Origin: Eledone cirrhosa
Taxonomy: Eukaryota
Assembly (NCBI GenBank): GCA_964016885.1
Contig: OZ024755.1
Location: 36,642,001 to 36,706,000 of the forward strand
Reading direction: 5' to 3'
Length of the DNA stretch: 64,000 bases
The translations under genes and the position numbers were made by a program. Shown here piece after piece: positions 1 to 20,240 of this stretch (the stretch's first letter is position 1; every line of letters starts with the position of its first letter). The notes below the pieces were generated by a model. That model had not been told where the DNA came from, did no database searches, and saw only the letters and a program-made list of their open reading frames with translations.

Positions 1-607
1 GGTCGTGTAGAAGACACGGTAAAAAAGGCTCCCAGTCCACACTGTAAAGTGGTCGTGTAGGAGACACGGTAAAAAAGGCTCCCAGTCCACACTGTAAGGT
101 GGTCGTGTAGGAGACACGGTAAAAAAGGCTCCCAGTCCACACTGTAAATGTGGTCGTGTAGGAGACACGGTAAAAAGGCTCCCAGTCCACACTGTAAAGT
201 GGTCGTGTAGGAGACACGGTAAAAAAGGCTCCCAGTCCACACTGTAAAGTGGTCGTGTAGGAGACACGGTAAAAAAGGCTCCCAGTCCACACTGTAAGGT
301 GGTCGTGTAGGAGACACGGTAAAAAAGGCTCCCAGTCCACACTGTAAATGTGGTCGTGTAGGAGACACGGTAAAAAGGCTCCCAGTCCACACTGTAAATG
401 TGGTCATGTAGGAGACACGGTAAAAAGGCTCCCAGTCCACACTGTAAATGTGGTTGGTGTTAGGAAGAGCATCGAGCCGTAGAAAACCTGCCAGATACAG
501 TCCTATACGATCGAGACATGGTCACCCAATCAATCTTGCCTCAAGTGGGACAATTCCATGCTAGCGTGGAAGATAGGCGTTAAACGATGATGATGATGAT
601 GATGATA
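1..607 (+). mobile_element. SINE-like element with (GAT)n tail and internal about 50-bp tandem array (9 or more units)
   Basis: Unit CACTGTAAAGTGGTCGTGTAGGAGACACGGTAAAAAAGGCTCCCAGTCCA, then GTTAGGAAG(A/G)GCATC..GTAGAAA..CATGCTAGC..(GAT)n. Confidence 0.8.
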
Positions 608-874
608 GCTAAAGTGATAAACTTAGCCAATGGAAAACTAACTGTTTACACTATTGCCAAAAAAAAATTCGCCTAGTTCAAAATGTCACAATATGAGAGT
701 CATTCCATGTATTTTTTTATATACATTGTACCATAAGCAAAGAAAAATACCAAATTTCTATTAGAGTAGCATTAAAGTTGATGATAACCAAGTTACATGA
801 ATATTACTATTTTTAGTATTTTAATGCAGCTTATAAAATTAAACTGAGATATGACAATGTATTATGATTTTCTT

Positions 875-1090
875 GTGACGCTTAACTCCGCCAGTTGCAG
901 ACTGCGCATCAATATGTGATATCTCTCTCCACAAAGTTCAATCACCAGCAGCAGAGTTCAAAGAGTAAAGATCAAGTCCAGTCCATAAGTTGAGATTGTC
1001 AAGCCATCGTTTTAGCAGCCGGCCTCTGCTTCTCTTACCAGCCAACCTTCCTTCCAGGCATAACCTACTCACACCACGAGTTGATCTTTT
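875..1090 (-). mobile_element. RTE-clade LINE 3' end (family A)
   Basis: Matches 60590-60800; encodes EGRLAGKRSRGR..RWLDN. Confidence 0.8.
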
Positions 1091-1184
1091 TATTATGATT
1101 TTACTCAGCTCCTATTCCTTTCTCTTTAATTTGCTTACCTATGGTCATGAATCTTGACCATAGGTAAGCAAAAAAAAAAAGAAT

Positions 1185-1560
1185 ATGATCGCGAATACAA
1201 GTGGCCCAAATGTGATTCCGCCAAAGGGTCTTTGGAGTAACGTTACTCAAAGTGCGTAGCTCAGAGATCAGAGAGCCACTCCAAGTAGAGCCGTTACTTC
1301 TCTGACTTGAGAAATCACAGCTCTGATACTATTGTCATGGGGTTAGAATGTCTCCGGAAAGAATCACTCAACAGATTTTACGGGTGAAACCAACAGGTAG
1401 AGGAACCAGGGGTAGACCCTGAACAAGATTGCTAGATAACATCCATGAGCTTGGTTGGTTGCGCTTGAGGATCCAGCCGGATCATCTGGAGGGAGTGTTT
1501 CAGGGCTCTACACCAACAGCCCTCTCAGAAATAAGTGGGCCAAGAAAAGAAGAAGAAAAT
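1185..1560 (+). mobile_element. RTE-clade LINE 3' fragment, degenerate
   Basis: RSSEIRE..VEPLLL, GHGVRM, RGTRGRP-like translation; (GAA)n tail. Confidence 0.6.
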
Positions 1561-2799
1561 ATAGGTAGTATATTTACAAGTTAAAAAGTTGGTGCAGAAG
1601 AATTGGTGAAGAGATGATTGTGGTTAAGAAGCTTGCTTCACAATTACATGGCTCATGGTCTGATTTTATGGCACTGCACATCAAGTAAATGTTTTCTGCT
1701 AAGCCTAAATCATCATAATCATTTTGTATCTAGCTTTGATTCCTGTATGGCTTCTACGACTGGCTGCCTTTCCTAACACCAACCACTTCTCAGTGTATAT
1801 CAGGTGCATCTTATCATGACACCACAACTGCCACCTAACAAGGTGGGATAAAAGATCCCATAACTCCTTGTGGAGTCGTAGTGGTATGGTCATATGGCGC
1901 ATCTAGGGCACTTTTAAAGTTGGAGGAGCCCAACCCTCTCCAGGTCTCAACACAGCCAATTTTTTTCTATAGAGGAAGAATCGACCCCAGTACTGGACTG
2001 GTACCTTTTTAATAGTCCTGTAATTCCTGATAGAGTCATAGGGGCATCGTATTGAAATATGTTTCTTGGGCATTTTAAACCTGGCGGAGCCCACCCCACC
2101 CCTCTCCAGGCCTGAGTACAGGAGAAAGATAGAAAATAAGAGAGAAGAAATGAGAGAGATATAGAGGAAGAATCGACCCCAGTATTAGACTGGTACTTTT
2201 TTTATCGACCTCGAAAGGATGAAAGGTAAAGTTGACTCCAGCAGGATTTGAACTCAGAGCATGCAATGAGGTGGGACGAATACCATAAAGTATTCTATCT
2301 GACATCTTAACAACTCTGACAATTCGCCAAGGTAGGTTGTTGAATTTAAAAACAGATGCTCTTTTGTCACTTTGCAGTGATTTAGCTCTTCAGAAACCTG
2401 CTGTAACTCTCAAATATTAATAGAAAATAAAATCTTAGTTCTGAGTTGAAGCTATTCCAGTGTTGACTATGATTTTCATACTTCCCATTTTAATATATTG
2501 AATAGATGCAAATAAATTTATATCTTTTCCACAAAAGATGGCCTTGTGCTTAATCAAAGAAAATATGTTTTTAAAATAAAGAAAATTTGCCAAAGACATT
2601 CAACACTTATATTAAAGTCAACAAAATTATCCAACCATTAACTCTTTTCTTTAGTAATAATAGTACATCTCTATAGTATAGTAGAGTTGTATAATCTATG
2701 GAAATACTGAAAAAATACATATTAACTGATAAGCAGAGGGTGGTATATAGAACCGAAATTATGTTTAAAAAACAGACCAATTTAGCTATTTTAGATATC

Positions 2800-3090
2800 C
2801 AAATACCAGGACTTCTCCAACCATTCCCTATTGGTGGTGGTCGTTGGACTCAGTCCACAAACTGCCGCTTTCTTCCGCAAAATTGAGAGGCGTACATCCC
2901 GCTTGGAGGAGCATTGTAAGGTGGAGTGGTTGGTGCGGTGGGTGTCGCTGTCTGTTCTTTGTGGCAATGCTTTCACCATATTGTCCACAGGGTGCAGCCG
3001 AGATACACCACATAGACAGGCGTGTAGGGTCTGCCCCTTCTTTCTCTTTTTTTTCTCTTTATTACGTGAAATATTTATGAAATAAAACGT
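2800..3090 (+). mobile_element. CRE-like non-LTR element 3' end (restriction-like endonuclease C-terminus)
   Basis: GLSPQTAAFF..EWLVRWVSLSVLCGNAFTIL; AATAAA at the end. Confidence 0.55.
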
Positions 3091-4377
3091 CTGTTTAAAA
3101 ATAATATATCAAATTAACATTTAGCTATTTAGTATATCTTATAAGCAGAAGACCGACTTTTGTGTGGGAACAACATAGTTAAATGAATAGTCATCAGTAT
3201 ATATTGATAGTTATTGAACCCGCAGAGATAAAATTAAACTAGGCATAAAAGAAAAAAACTTGGTACACCCTTTTATGAGGTGTTTTGACAAGTTTGTTTC
3301 CAACACGAGTTATCTCTCTTTATTTCCGGTTATTACTTAATGATTTAAAGAAATAACTACATAAAATCTTTATCAAAGAGATGAACACTTCATCGAGTCA
3401 TGAAGTGGTGACGGTAAAGACAAAATTAGACATGCTAGAACAGCCTGGGCTATATAAAGGCAACAAATGCCAGATTCTTGAGAGAAAAAGGAGCCGAACA
3501 ATGAGAAGGGTAGTCTTCAAAACTAAAATAAATTGCCTGAAAAGCACTGGTCATGCACGCAAGTCATACTCTGAAAGTTACCACTAGCTATAGGTATTAT
3601 ATAGCTGTATGCAAGGGCCTCGTTGCGGGGGATACCAGGAGACAAGACCTCCCAACTTTTTCAGGAACGGGGGACAACCCCCCCCCCTACTTTTTCCCAA
3701 TTAAAAAAAAACAAATAAAATCCCATACATATGTATAATACATGTTTATGTGCATATATTTATATTTATATGAATATATATACCCTAAGATGCAATCGAT
3801 ATTAAATTTTGTTCGTTCGATATTTACATCCATTTGCTAAAATTAAAAAATTTGTAAATTTGATATAATAAATTCTTTTTAAGCTTATTTTTTTTTATAT
3901 CTGAACTTCATTTGAATATATAAAATTTAATTAGCGTAAAATTTTACTTATGTGATAAGGTCCGGGAAAGGCACCATTAGTAATATTAACTTGCTCCTTT
4001 AAGAATCAACAAATGTTGATTTGTCCCCCTCAGATTTTTAAGACAAATGAGGAGTATTAGCCGTGTGATGGCTGTGATTACTTTAACGCTGGTCAGCTCT
4101 CCTGTTCATAAAGCAGTAATTCCTCGTCAGGTCACTATCATAGAAGGCAGGGAAGGGGATATCAGAACGATAGAAATAACTGTAGGGATGCCAAATTGTT
4201 GTCATATATAAGGAAAATTCCACCTTATTAAACACTGAATATGCGAGACATCGACTAAAACAGAGGAAACTAAATATATGAACTCTTAGCAATCAATGGA
4301 AATAAACGTGAAAGAAAGAAAAAGATGTTTATAGTTTTCAATGAGAATATGAAGTTGACAGTATCGGAATTAATATA

Positions 4378-5040
4378 CAGGGTGGTCCGAAAGTCTTGTC
4401 ACCCTTATATATTGATTTAACTTTCGTTATTTTTTGTTTTAATAATATAATATATAACATCATTAACCAGTAATGCACTGAGTATTTGCTGGCCTTGTGC
4501 CTAAAGTAGAAACAATTAATTATAATATATAATAATAATAATATACTTTTCTTATAATATATAATAATAATAATAATTGTTTCTACGTTAGGCACAAGGC
4601 CTGCAATTACCCAGTGTATTACTGGTACTTTATTTTATCGACCCCGTAAGGATGAAAGGCAAAGTTAACCTCGGCGGGATTTGAACTCAGAATGGCAAGG
4701 GCCGTAACTATGCGTCAAAGCATGGCATCCGACCCTCTACCAATACTGCCAATCCACCGCCATATAATAATAATAATGATTTCATTTATTAGCCACAAGG
4801 GCCGACATGTAGGGGACAATACAAAGATAGGGGCAGTGGGGGTTTACAATAAGGTCGAGTAAAAGTGCACAATGGCAAGACTAATTTAACAATGAAGATA
4901 TAAAAATATAAAATAAATTGTATAAATATAACAAAATAAATTCCCCTATATAGAGGGTGGACGACCCAGGGTGACTCAGGTAATAATAATAATATAATTT
5001 TCTATTTGGTAGGTGGTGACAAAACTTTCGGACCACCCTG
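4378..5040. mobile_element. Tc1/mariner-type MITE with nested SINE insertions
   Basis: 26-bp TIR CAGGGTGGTCCGAAAGT(C/T)TTGTCACC at both ends; TA at 4376-4377 and 5041-5042. Confidence 0.85.
4575..4762 (-). mobile_element. tRNA-derived SINE with Nin/Deu-like central domain
   Basis: Minus strand has A box TGGCAGTATTGG, B box GAGTTCAAATCC and GCCTTTCATCCTTACGGGGTCGATAAAATAAAGTACCAG; about 20 full or partial copies in the window. Confidence 0.85.
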
Positions 5041-5415
5041 TAGAATATTTGTTCCCCTGTCTGATTATAATGTAACAAAATTTTTTTTTCTCTGTTCCTG
5101 GCTTGTAATCACTTTTTTTTTGTGTTGCTTAGGTCCCAAATAAAAAAAAAAGTGCTATTAAACAGTTAAAAGTTGGGGTTTGTAAAAATTCTAAGCTCTT
5201 CACTAGAATTATTTGTATGGATTTTACGTTGCTTATGTTAAATGATTTTTTTTAATATATGTTTCAAGTTAAATTAAAATTATAAAATAAAGAGTAATAC
5301 CTAAAGAAAATTATAAAAGTGCAATAAAGTATAAAATTGTTAAAAAGTGGATTAAAGAGATTTATTGATACTGGATTTTCGCACTCTGAATAAAGGCTAA
5401 GTTGTGTTTTAAGCA

Positions 5416-6499
5416 TTCGTCTCCAGGATGAAGCAGTGGAACTTGGTCAAGGAGGAAGTGCAGGTGACAAGTCAGAGAAGTCGACACAAACCTTTCTCAG
5501 GCTTTTACACTCTTGAGAATGGCCTCTGCTTCTGCCATGACGTGCCTGGACTGTTTGACGTTATTGGGGTACCGTTTGTGCCCAAGGAGTGGCGGCTATT
5601 TATAGACAGCTCCACCACAAGTTTGAAGGCTGTCCTCCTCCATAATGGAAACAAGTTCCCGACACTGCCCCTAGCTCATTCAGTCTGCCTGAAGGAAGAT
5701 TACTACAGTGTGAAAGTCCTCTTGGAAGCTCTACAATACAACCAGTACAATAAGGAAATCATTGGAGACTTCAAGATGGTGGCTTTCCTGCTTGGACTCC
5801 AAGGAGGCTTTATTAAATTCCAATGCTTCCTCTGCCTTTGGGACAGCAGAGCCACCTCTGACCACTACAAAAGAAAGAACTGGGAGCAGCGAACAGAATT
5901 TGTAGTTGGGACCCGGAACATCATGTGGGAGCCACTGGTTGATCCCAGGGTTGTGCTCATGCCGCCACTGCACATTAAGTTGGGGTCGATGAAGCAGTTT
6001 GTGAAGGCTCTCAACCAAGAATCAGCTGCTTTTAAGTACCTTCTTGAGTTCTTCCCCAAGTTATCTGAGGCCAAAATCAAAGGTGGAATTTTTGTTGGAT
6101 CTCAGATAAAGAAGGTGTTTGAGTCTACCGAGTTCTCCAATAAGCTCAATAGGATTGAGAGAACAGCATGGAACTGTTTCTGGGCAGTTGTTAAGGGCGT
6201 CCTGGACAACTACAGAGCTGAAAACTACCAGCAGCTGGTGCAGGATCTGATAAAGGCTTTTGGCGCCATGGGATGCAGGATGTCGCTTAAACTCCATATG
6301 CTGGACGCTCACCTAGAAAAATTCAAGGACAATATGGGCGCCTACTCAGAAGAACAAGGCGAACGATTCCACCAAGATGTGAAGGAGATAGATCGGAGGT
6401 ACTAGGGCCACTACAATGAAAAAATGATGGGGGGACTATATTTGGGGGTTAGTGCGGGAATGCGACCTGGACTACAACCGCAAATCCAGTAATTTCTGA
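5416..6499 (+). pseudogene. 5'-truncated, decayed Chapaev3-like DNA transposase
   Basis: Motifs WRLFIDSS..SLKAVLLHNGN, GDFKM, CFLCLWDSRA, PPLHIKLG, SLKLHMLDAH, SEEQGERFHQD. Premature TAG at 6403-6405, then a +1 G frameshift in MMGDYIWGLVRE. No introns. Family assignment from motif recall. Confidence 0.75.
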
Positions 6500-6549
6500 C
6501 GTGTATATATACATACATATATATATATACATATATATATACATACATA

Positions 6550-6921
6550 CATACATATACATATATATATGGCGGCTGCCAACTCGTTTTCGAGTACGGC
6601 CACTACTTTATATCCATGTAGGAGAACCCCTACCGATGCGCTGAATGTGTGTGATGTTTTAGTCCAGCCAGCGACTTGAAAACTCTGGTACAAACACTAC
6701 ACTTGTGACAATTACTGACACATAGTGCTGGGCCCATGGTACCATGTGACGACAAGTGCAGAGAGATGTCCAGATATAAAGCAATGCCTGTGCCGTGAAG
6801 CTTTTATAGTGAGCAAAGGCACTGCACAAAGCCAGTCCCACTCTCTTAACCAAGATGATATTTTACCAAAAAGAAGAACAAGTCAACATCATTGGATACC
6901 ATCAGGGTTGCAGGTGTTATA
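6550..6921. repeat. About 370-bp segment duplicated at 12060-12431
   Basis: Direct copies, about 95% identical by eye, both preceded by TACA repeats. Confidence 0.85.
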
Positions 6922-7204
6922 TCAGAGTTTCGCTTCTCCTAGAATTCTGCCTTGACAAAGACTAAGGGGTCATCTCTCCCGGTGATTTTGGATGGCCATT
7001 GACTCTTAAGAGCTCCTTTGCCCTTTGACAGGTTTTGTTTTTAGTCCTGCTGTATGTCCAAAGTCACCCTCCTCACCAAGAAACCTTGGTGGTGGTGGTG
7101 GTGGGGGGTTTGCCATGAGACAGGTTGTACTGGGATACATGTTACCAGTAGCACTGGTGACCTGACAATGTATATATATATACATACACCAACTGGTGAC
7201 CTGA

Positions 7205-11634
<4,430 letters not shown>

Positions 11635-11635
<1 letters not shown>

Positions 11636-11820
11636 AAAACATTTAAATATAAATTAATATATATGATGAAACACAAATACCAACATATCTGTATTTATAT
11701 TGTAAAAGAAAATTTAGTTAGCTAGAATTTTAGTTAGCTAAATTTTCTTTTACAATATAAATACAGATATGTTGGTATTTGTGTTTCATCATATATATTA
11801 ATTTATATTTAAATGTTTTA
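11635..11820. repeat. Inverted repeat with about 90-bp arms
   Basis: 11635-11724 pairs with 11731-11820; two differences near the loop. Confidence 0.95.
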
Positions 11821-12059
11821 CACGGCTCAGAAATATTTCTTTCTTTGAGCTAATTTCATTGTAAAGGAATTCATTACACTTAATATATATATATATATAC
11901 ATATACATACATATACAGTAGCTGGGAGCTTAACCCTGCGATGGACTGGTGTCCTGTCCAGGGGGGAGTCTTATACTCTCTCAATTCACGCCATGAAACC
12001 ACGATAAGCACCGGCCAAATGAGCCTTCTGGCTTAAGACAGACTTTAGACATACATATA

Positions 12060-12431
12060 CATACATACATATACATACATGGTGGCTGCCAACTCGTTTT
12101 CGACTACAGCCACTACTTTATATCCATGTAGGAGAACCCCTACCGATACGCTGAACGAGTGTGACATTTTAGTCCAGCCAGCGACTTGAAAACTCTGGTA
12201 CAAACACTACACTTGTGACAATTATTGACACATAGTGCTGGGCCCATGGTACCATGTGAGGACAAGTGCAGAGAGATCTCCAGATATAAAGCAATGCCTG
12301 TGCCGTGAAGCGTTTATAGTGAGCAAAGGCACTGCACAAAGCCAGTCCCACTCTCTTAACCAAGATGATATTTACCAAAAAGAAGAACAAGTCAACATCA
12401 TTGGATACCATCAGGGTTGTAGGTGTTATAT
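12060..12431. repeat. Second copy of the 6550-6921 segment
   Basis: Same sequence with scattered substitutions. Confidence 0.85.
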
Positions 12432-12544
12432 GACTCCAGTTCCCCAGTGAATTAACAACCCAGCAAGGAACTGGGCATATCAGAGTATTGACAATATCAT
12501 ACACCTAAACAACATATGTACTTGTCTATACCATACTAATTCAA

Positions 12545-12599
12545 ACTGCCTGAAGAGGTCACAGCCAAAGATGGCTGTCACTGAAATATATATAGCAGT
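12545..12599 (+). ncRNA. Minimal type-I hammerhead ribozyme
   Basis: ACTGC-CTGAAGA-GGT C ACAGCCA aaga TGGCTGT C ACT-GAAA-TATATA-TA/GCAGT, followed by AATAAA. Stem I has 5 bp and all core nucleotides are present. Confidence 0.85.
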
Positions 12600-12649
12600 A
12601 ATAAACGATGCTAAATTTTAATCATTTGACTTTTATTTAACTTTATTTT

Positions 12650-16133
<3,484 letters not shown>

Positions 16134-16135
<2 letters not shown>

Positions 16136-16277
16136 AGGAAAATATTAAACCCCGACGGCTATTTCTGGAAATAGCCGTCGGGGTTTAACATTTTCCTATT
16201 ACCCACTCTACTACGCTAAGTATTGAGTACTCTGGTGCGTTATGGTCCATCTGGTTCCTTACCACACTTCCTTCGTT
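16134..16277 (+). mobile_element. PLE-type pLTR 3' relic with 32-bp fold-back; same family as 63551-63636
   Basis: Hairpin 16134-16165/16168-16199; 16192-16277 is about 90% identical to the reverse complement of 63551-63636; TA runs on both sides. Confidence 0.7.
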
Positions 16278-16286
16278 ATATATATA

Positions 16287-16600
16287 ACCAAAGATTAGTA
16301 TGTTTCGTTGAATACAATTTTACAATAGATTAGAAGCACTCAACAAAAAAGTTTTCCTGGAGTTTTTAATATTATTCAAAATATTAACAAATGAAAAATA
16401 TTCTCATAATCAAAATATATACTTCATTATATATATTTCAAAGGTACTGTGTTGTTTTTTCAGTACGTCCTCATCAGACAAAATACATGATTTGATATAT
16501 GATATACCGCTACGGTCTTGATTATACAATTCCCGTATTGGTAGTGAGAATATTTCATTTTTTAATATATTGAATAATATATACGTATAAAAATAGGTAT
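16287..16600 (-). mobile_element. PLE-type pLTR relic carrying the hammerhead at 16417-16488
   Basis: Hammerhead, TTGAGTGC motif and a 3' end in a TA run; 5' boundary approximate. Confidence 0.55.
16417..16488 (-). ncRNA. Minimal type-I hammerhead ribozyme
   Basis: Minus strand: ATGTATTTTGT-CTGATGA-GGA C GTACTG..CAGTAC C TTT-GAAA-TATATA-TA/ATGAAGTATAT; 11-pair stem I including G.U pairs. Confidence 0.8.
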
Positions 16601-17144
16601 ATGTACGCGTGTGTGTGTGTGCATATACACACACATATAGCCCAAGATGTGGAGTTATTTCTTATTTTAGAATCTTATCGCGAAGGAAGCAAAATCCTAT
16701 ATAGAAACAATGCTATGCATTTGGTTTATATATGTGTATATATATATATATTAATTAACTTGTTTCAATAATCGCTGTAACATAATTTAAGGTACATAAA
16801 CAACTGGATAGTAATAATATATCTACAAACCAACGCTATCTCGTACTAGATACACTATATCTGGAGAAAATGTGAGGTGGTCATGGTTGGAATGCCTGTT
16901 ATTAAGCATTATAGTAGGTCGTCGAAACGAAGAATTTAAGCAGCGTATATTGTGAAATTAAGTACATTTCGTTGTTTCAGTTTTAATTTAATTTTACTTT
17001 GGGTTCGATAAGATGCTAATATAGGACATTACTACATTAATCCTAAGTGAAAAACAAAACATTGTATTTACAGGTCATTAAATTTTAAATGGAAAACAAA
17101 ATAATACAGGTTCAAGTGAAATGAATTAATTTTCTACTGTCCCC

Positions 17145-17243
17145 TATATATATATATATATGCATGTGTGTCTGTATATAAATATTTGTGTACGTATGAG
17201 GGTGTTATACCAACTACAATAAATTTTCTACTATCCACTATAA

Positions 17244-17300
<57 letters not shown>

Positions 17301-17367
17301 TGTGTGTGTATATATATATATATATGCGCGTGTGTGTGTATATATATATATATATGCATGCGTGTAC

Positions 17368-17408
<41 letters not shown>

Positions 17409-17450
17409 TGTATATATATATATATATATATATATGCATTATATATATGC

Positions 17451-17493
<43 letters not shown>

Positions 17494-17540
17494 TGTGTAT
17501 ATATATGCATGTATATATATATATATATATATATATATGC

Positions 17541-17575
<35 letters not shown>

Positions 17576-17621
17576 CATGCGTGAGTGTATATATATGAGT
17601 GAGTGTATATATGTGTGTGTG
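17145..17621. repeat. (TA)n/(TG)n/TGCA microsatellite
   Basis: Directly visible. Confidence 0.95.
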
Positions 17622-17706
17622 TTAAACCAACAACTACAATTCGCACCCGTTCGACGTAAACATCCAACATGCAAATTTCAAGCAATTATAAGCTTCGTCT
17701 CCTTAC

Positions 17707-17757
17707 CATCTTCGCCCAACAATTTTGCATCACTCCAAAATCACAAATGAAACGCAT
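17707..17757 (-). other. Possible first coding exon of a second minus-strand gene
   Basis: GCGAAGATG/GTAAGG start-plus-donor, in-frame upstream ATGs ([17 protein letters not shown]), CpG-richer unique DNA at 17630-18560; no downstream exon found in the window. Confidence 0.3.
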
Positions 17758-18712
17758 ATTGTAGTGCAATCTAAAGTAATGGTGGAGTGCTCTCTCTTTC
17801 TTCTTTTCTCTGTCTTTTGTTTAAATATGTATGAGAATACTACATAAGAAACCTGAACGTGAAGCCGGTGATATACTAAACTATGTTCTATTTATAAATG
17901 TAGTCCGGAATGGCTCGCACCCTAGACAAATCCCGGAACACGGCAAGCACGCTTCGGTTACAATTCTATTATGCTTGCCTTTAGTAAAATATTAATGGGA
18001 CAACTTTTCATATTTTCTCTTTAAATTATGAGCTGTGTCTAGGCAAAAGACATTTATAAATAACGCTCAGTTCCCCCCACCGTCAATTTTATCCTTTATT
18101 TACCCGACATTTTATTTTTCCGCATCTGGTGGGGCATTATTAGATTAATTATATATAATTACTGCCATCGATTTTAACCATAAACTTCGTAGATGGGACC
18201 TTTTTAAAATGTAGCCTTAAAATTCCGACAAGCTGAGTTTGCAATCTGGTTTCAACTCTTCGTGAAATCTCTCGATTCTCTTTACCTCAATAAGTTTATA
18301 ATAAATATTGTATTTATATAAAAAATAAACAAGAAAAAAGAAAACAACGATTGTTAAATTAAGAAAAGAAAAGGGCGGAGAAGACGCGCACGCCCAATCA
18401 CATATCACAAGAAAGGGCACTGGTGTTAACTCTAATAATTTTTTAGGCAAGCTAAAACAGTCGTGGCATGGCCGTGGGTGATAGTGAGGTTAAGGCATTA
18501 CGTGATATCTAGGTGAAGCGAGCCGCCGTCAAAGATTACTAGAATTTCGTTGTTAGCAGCCCTGGAGAAAATAGTTTGTCTTTTATTTTAAAATAAGACA
18601 TGCGTGTAGTTAGCTGTGCTTATATATAAAAAAAAATTATGGTATATTCTTCCTACTCCTGTGATTATTTTCGTTTAGTAGTAGCCCATAAAGGGCTAGA
18701 CAATAACCCAGA

Positions 18713-19100
18713 CTCTGCTGCACTTAGGGCTGAGGAGGGTAAACTCTCCAAGTATCGGTCGCTCTGCGACAGGTTTGCAGTCGAGCCGCTAGCAGTGGAG
18801 ACTTCTGGTATCCTTGGCCCTAGGACTACCTCCCTAATAACCACCATAGGCGCTGAGTTGGCTAGCCTCAGGTGTGAGCCTCGTGAGATGGAATGGCTCT
18901 TCCAGCACATCCCATACCATCCTCCGGGGAAACGCCTTCTCTATTCTGTCTGCTGGGATTGTGGGGCGACCAGTGTGTGGGACCCCATTTGCTCATAATA
19001 GTGAAAGATGGGGAGAGCAAGAGAGATGGAAGCAATGACAGTGGGAGTTCGACTCCTCTGTGTTCAGACCTGGTGTGCATGTGTGTATATGTTTATTTCT
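18713..19100 (+). mobile_element. CRE-like non-LTR element 3' end
   Basis: AALRAEEGKLSKY..PLAVETSGILGP..EWLFQ..GNA. Confidence 0.75.
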
Positions 19101-19390
19101 ATTCATTTGATATTATATGCTTGGTAAACATGATAATCTTAAAATCAATCATGATTTCAAGCTATCAAGAATGGGTGTCTATTTGATTCCAATGCTTCGT
19201 TTTTCTATGAAGCACTCTTTAACATCTATATGCATACAATACTGCTTCCTTGTCTTTGATGACAAGTTGCTCCCTTATTTATTAATTTCCAAGCTTTAGT
19301 CATTATTCTCACTAAGTAATCAATTACAAGTGGCACAACCTTCACATTTCAAAGCTTTCTCCTTCCACACAATTCAGTGGTAAGAAACAT

Positions 19391-19551
19391 TCAGGAGAGT
19401 TGGACAGCAGAAGATCTTCAGAGGAGAAACTGTCAGGAGAGCTGGACAGCAGAAGATCTTCAGAGGAGACACTGTCAGGCGAGCTGGACAGCAGAAGATC
19501 TTCAGAGGAGACACTGTCAGGAGAGTTGGACAGCAGATCTTCAGAGGAGAA
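19391..19551. repeat. 42-bp tandem repeat, 4 copies
   Basis: TCAGGAGAGTTGGACAGCAGAAGATCTTCAGAGGAGACACTG at 19391, 19433, 19475, 19517. Confidence 0.95.
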
Positions 19552-19781
19552 CACCCACACACCTCAAACAATTGTTTCAGCCATGATTCATAGTCTAACT
19601 TTTGTTAGTTTTCTCACATTCTTTCACAGATTTTCATGAATGTTTTTCTCAATTAGGAAAGTCATACCAGGAATTACAATTGGAAGGAAGATGTTGAGGA
19701 AAACTTGGGTAGAAGTGGTGAGAGCAGATTTCAGGATGCTGGATTCCACAACGGAACAGGACAACTAGAGGGACACTCTGG

Positions 19782-20240
19782 TTCTTCTTGTGATACTAAA
19801 CTCCGCCAGTTGCAGACTGCGCATCAACATGTGATATCTCTCTCCACAAAGTTCGACCACCAACAGCAGAGTTCAAAGAGCAAAGATCAAGTCCAGTCCA
19901 TAAGTTAACATTATAAAGCCATCGTTTTGACTGCCGGCCTCTGCTTCTCTTACAGCCAACCTTCCTTCCAGGCATAACCTACTCACACCATGAGTTGATC
20001 TTTTTATATGGCCGTATAGTTTGAGTATTCTTGACTTGACAATTGATGTAATTGGTCTAAGTTTGGTAATGTTGAGCAGCTCACTGATACAGATACGGTC
20101 GCTGAGCCGCTTGCCAGTCATAAGTCTCATGATGTGGTTCTAGAATGTAGAGAGCTTCTGAAGTGACCTTGTCGTCCAATTATCACAGTCAAGACCATAT
20201 AACAAAACTGGTAGGTTGTAAGTATCAAAGATCTTAGCCT
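19782..20240 (-). mobile_element. RTE-clade LINE 3' end (family A)
   Basis: RILKLYGHIKRS..CLEGRL; near-identical to other copies. Confidence 0.85.

Noticed and set aside
1-450. CRISPR-like regular repeats (also 21511-23505, 48587-48979, 57508-57964)
   Set aside because: Head-to-tail units with no unique spacers, no cas genes, and a eukaryotic context.
4085-4140. Minus-strand CTGACGA hammerhead core
   Set aside because: Followed by GAAC rather than GAAA, and no stem I partner.
5428-6405. Host gene or active transposase
   Set aside because: Lacks the N-terminus, has a premature stop and frameshift before the expected C-terminus, and no TIRs were found.
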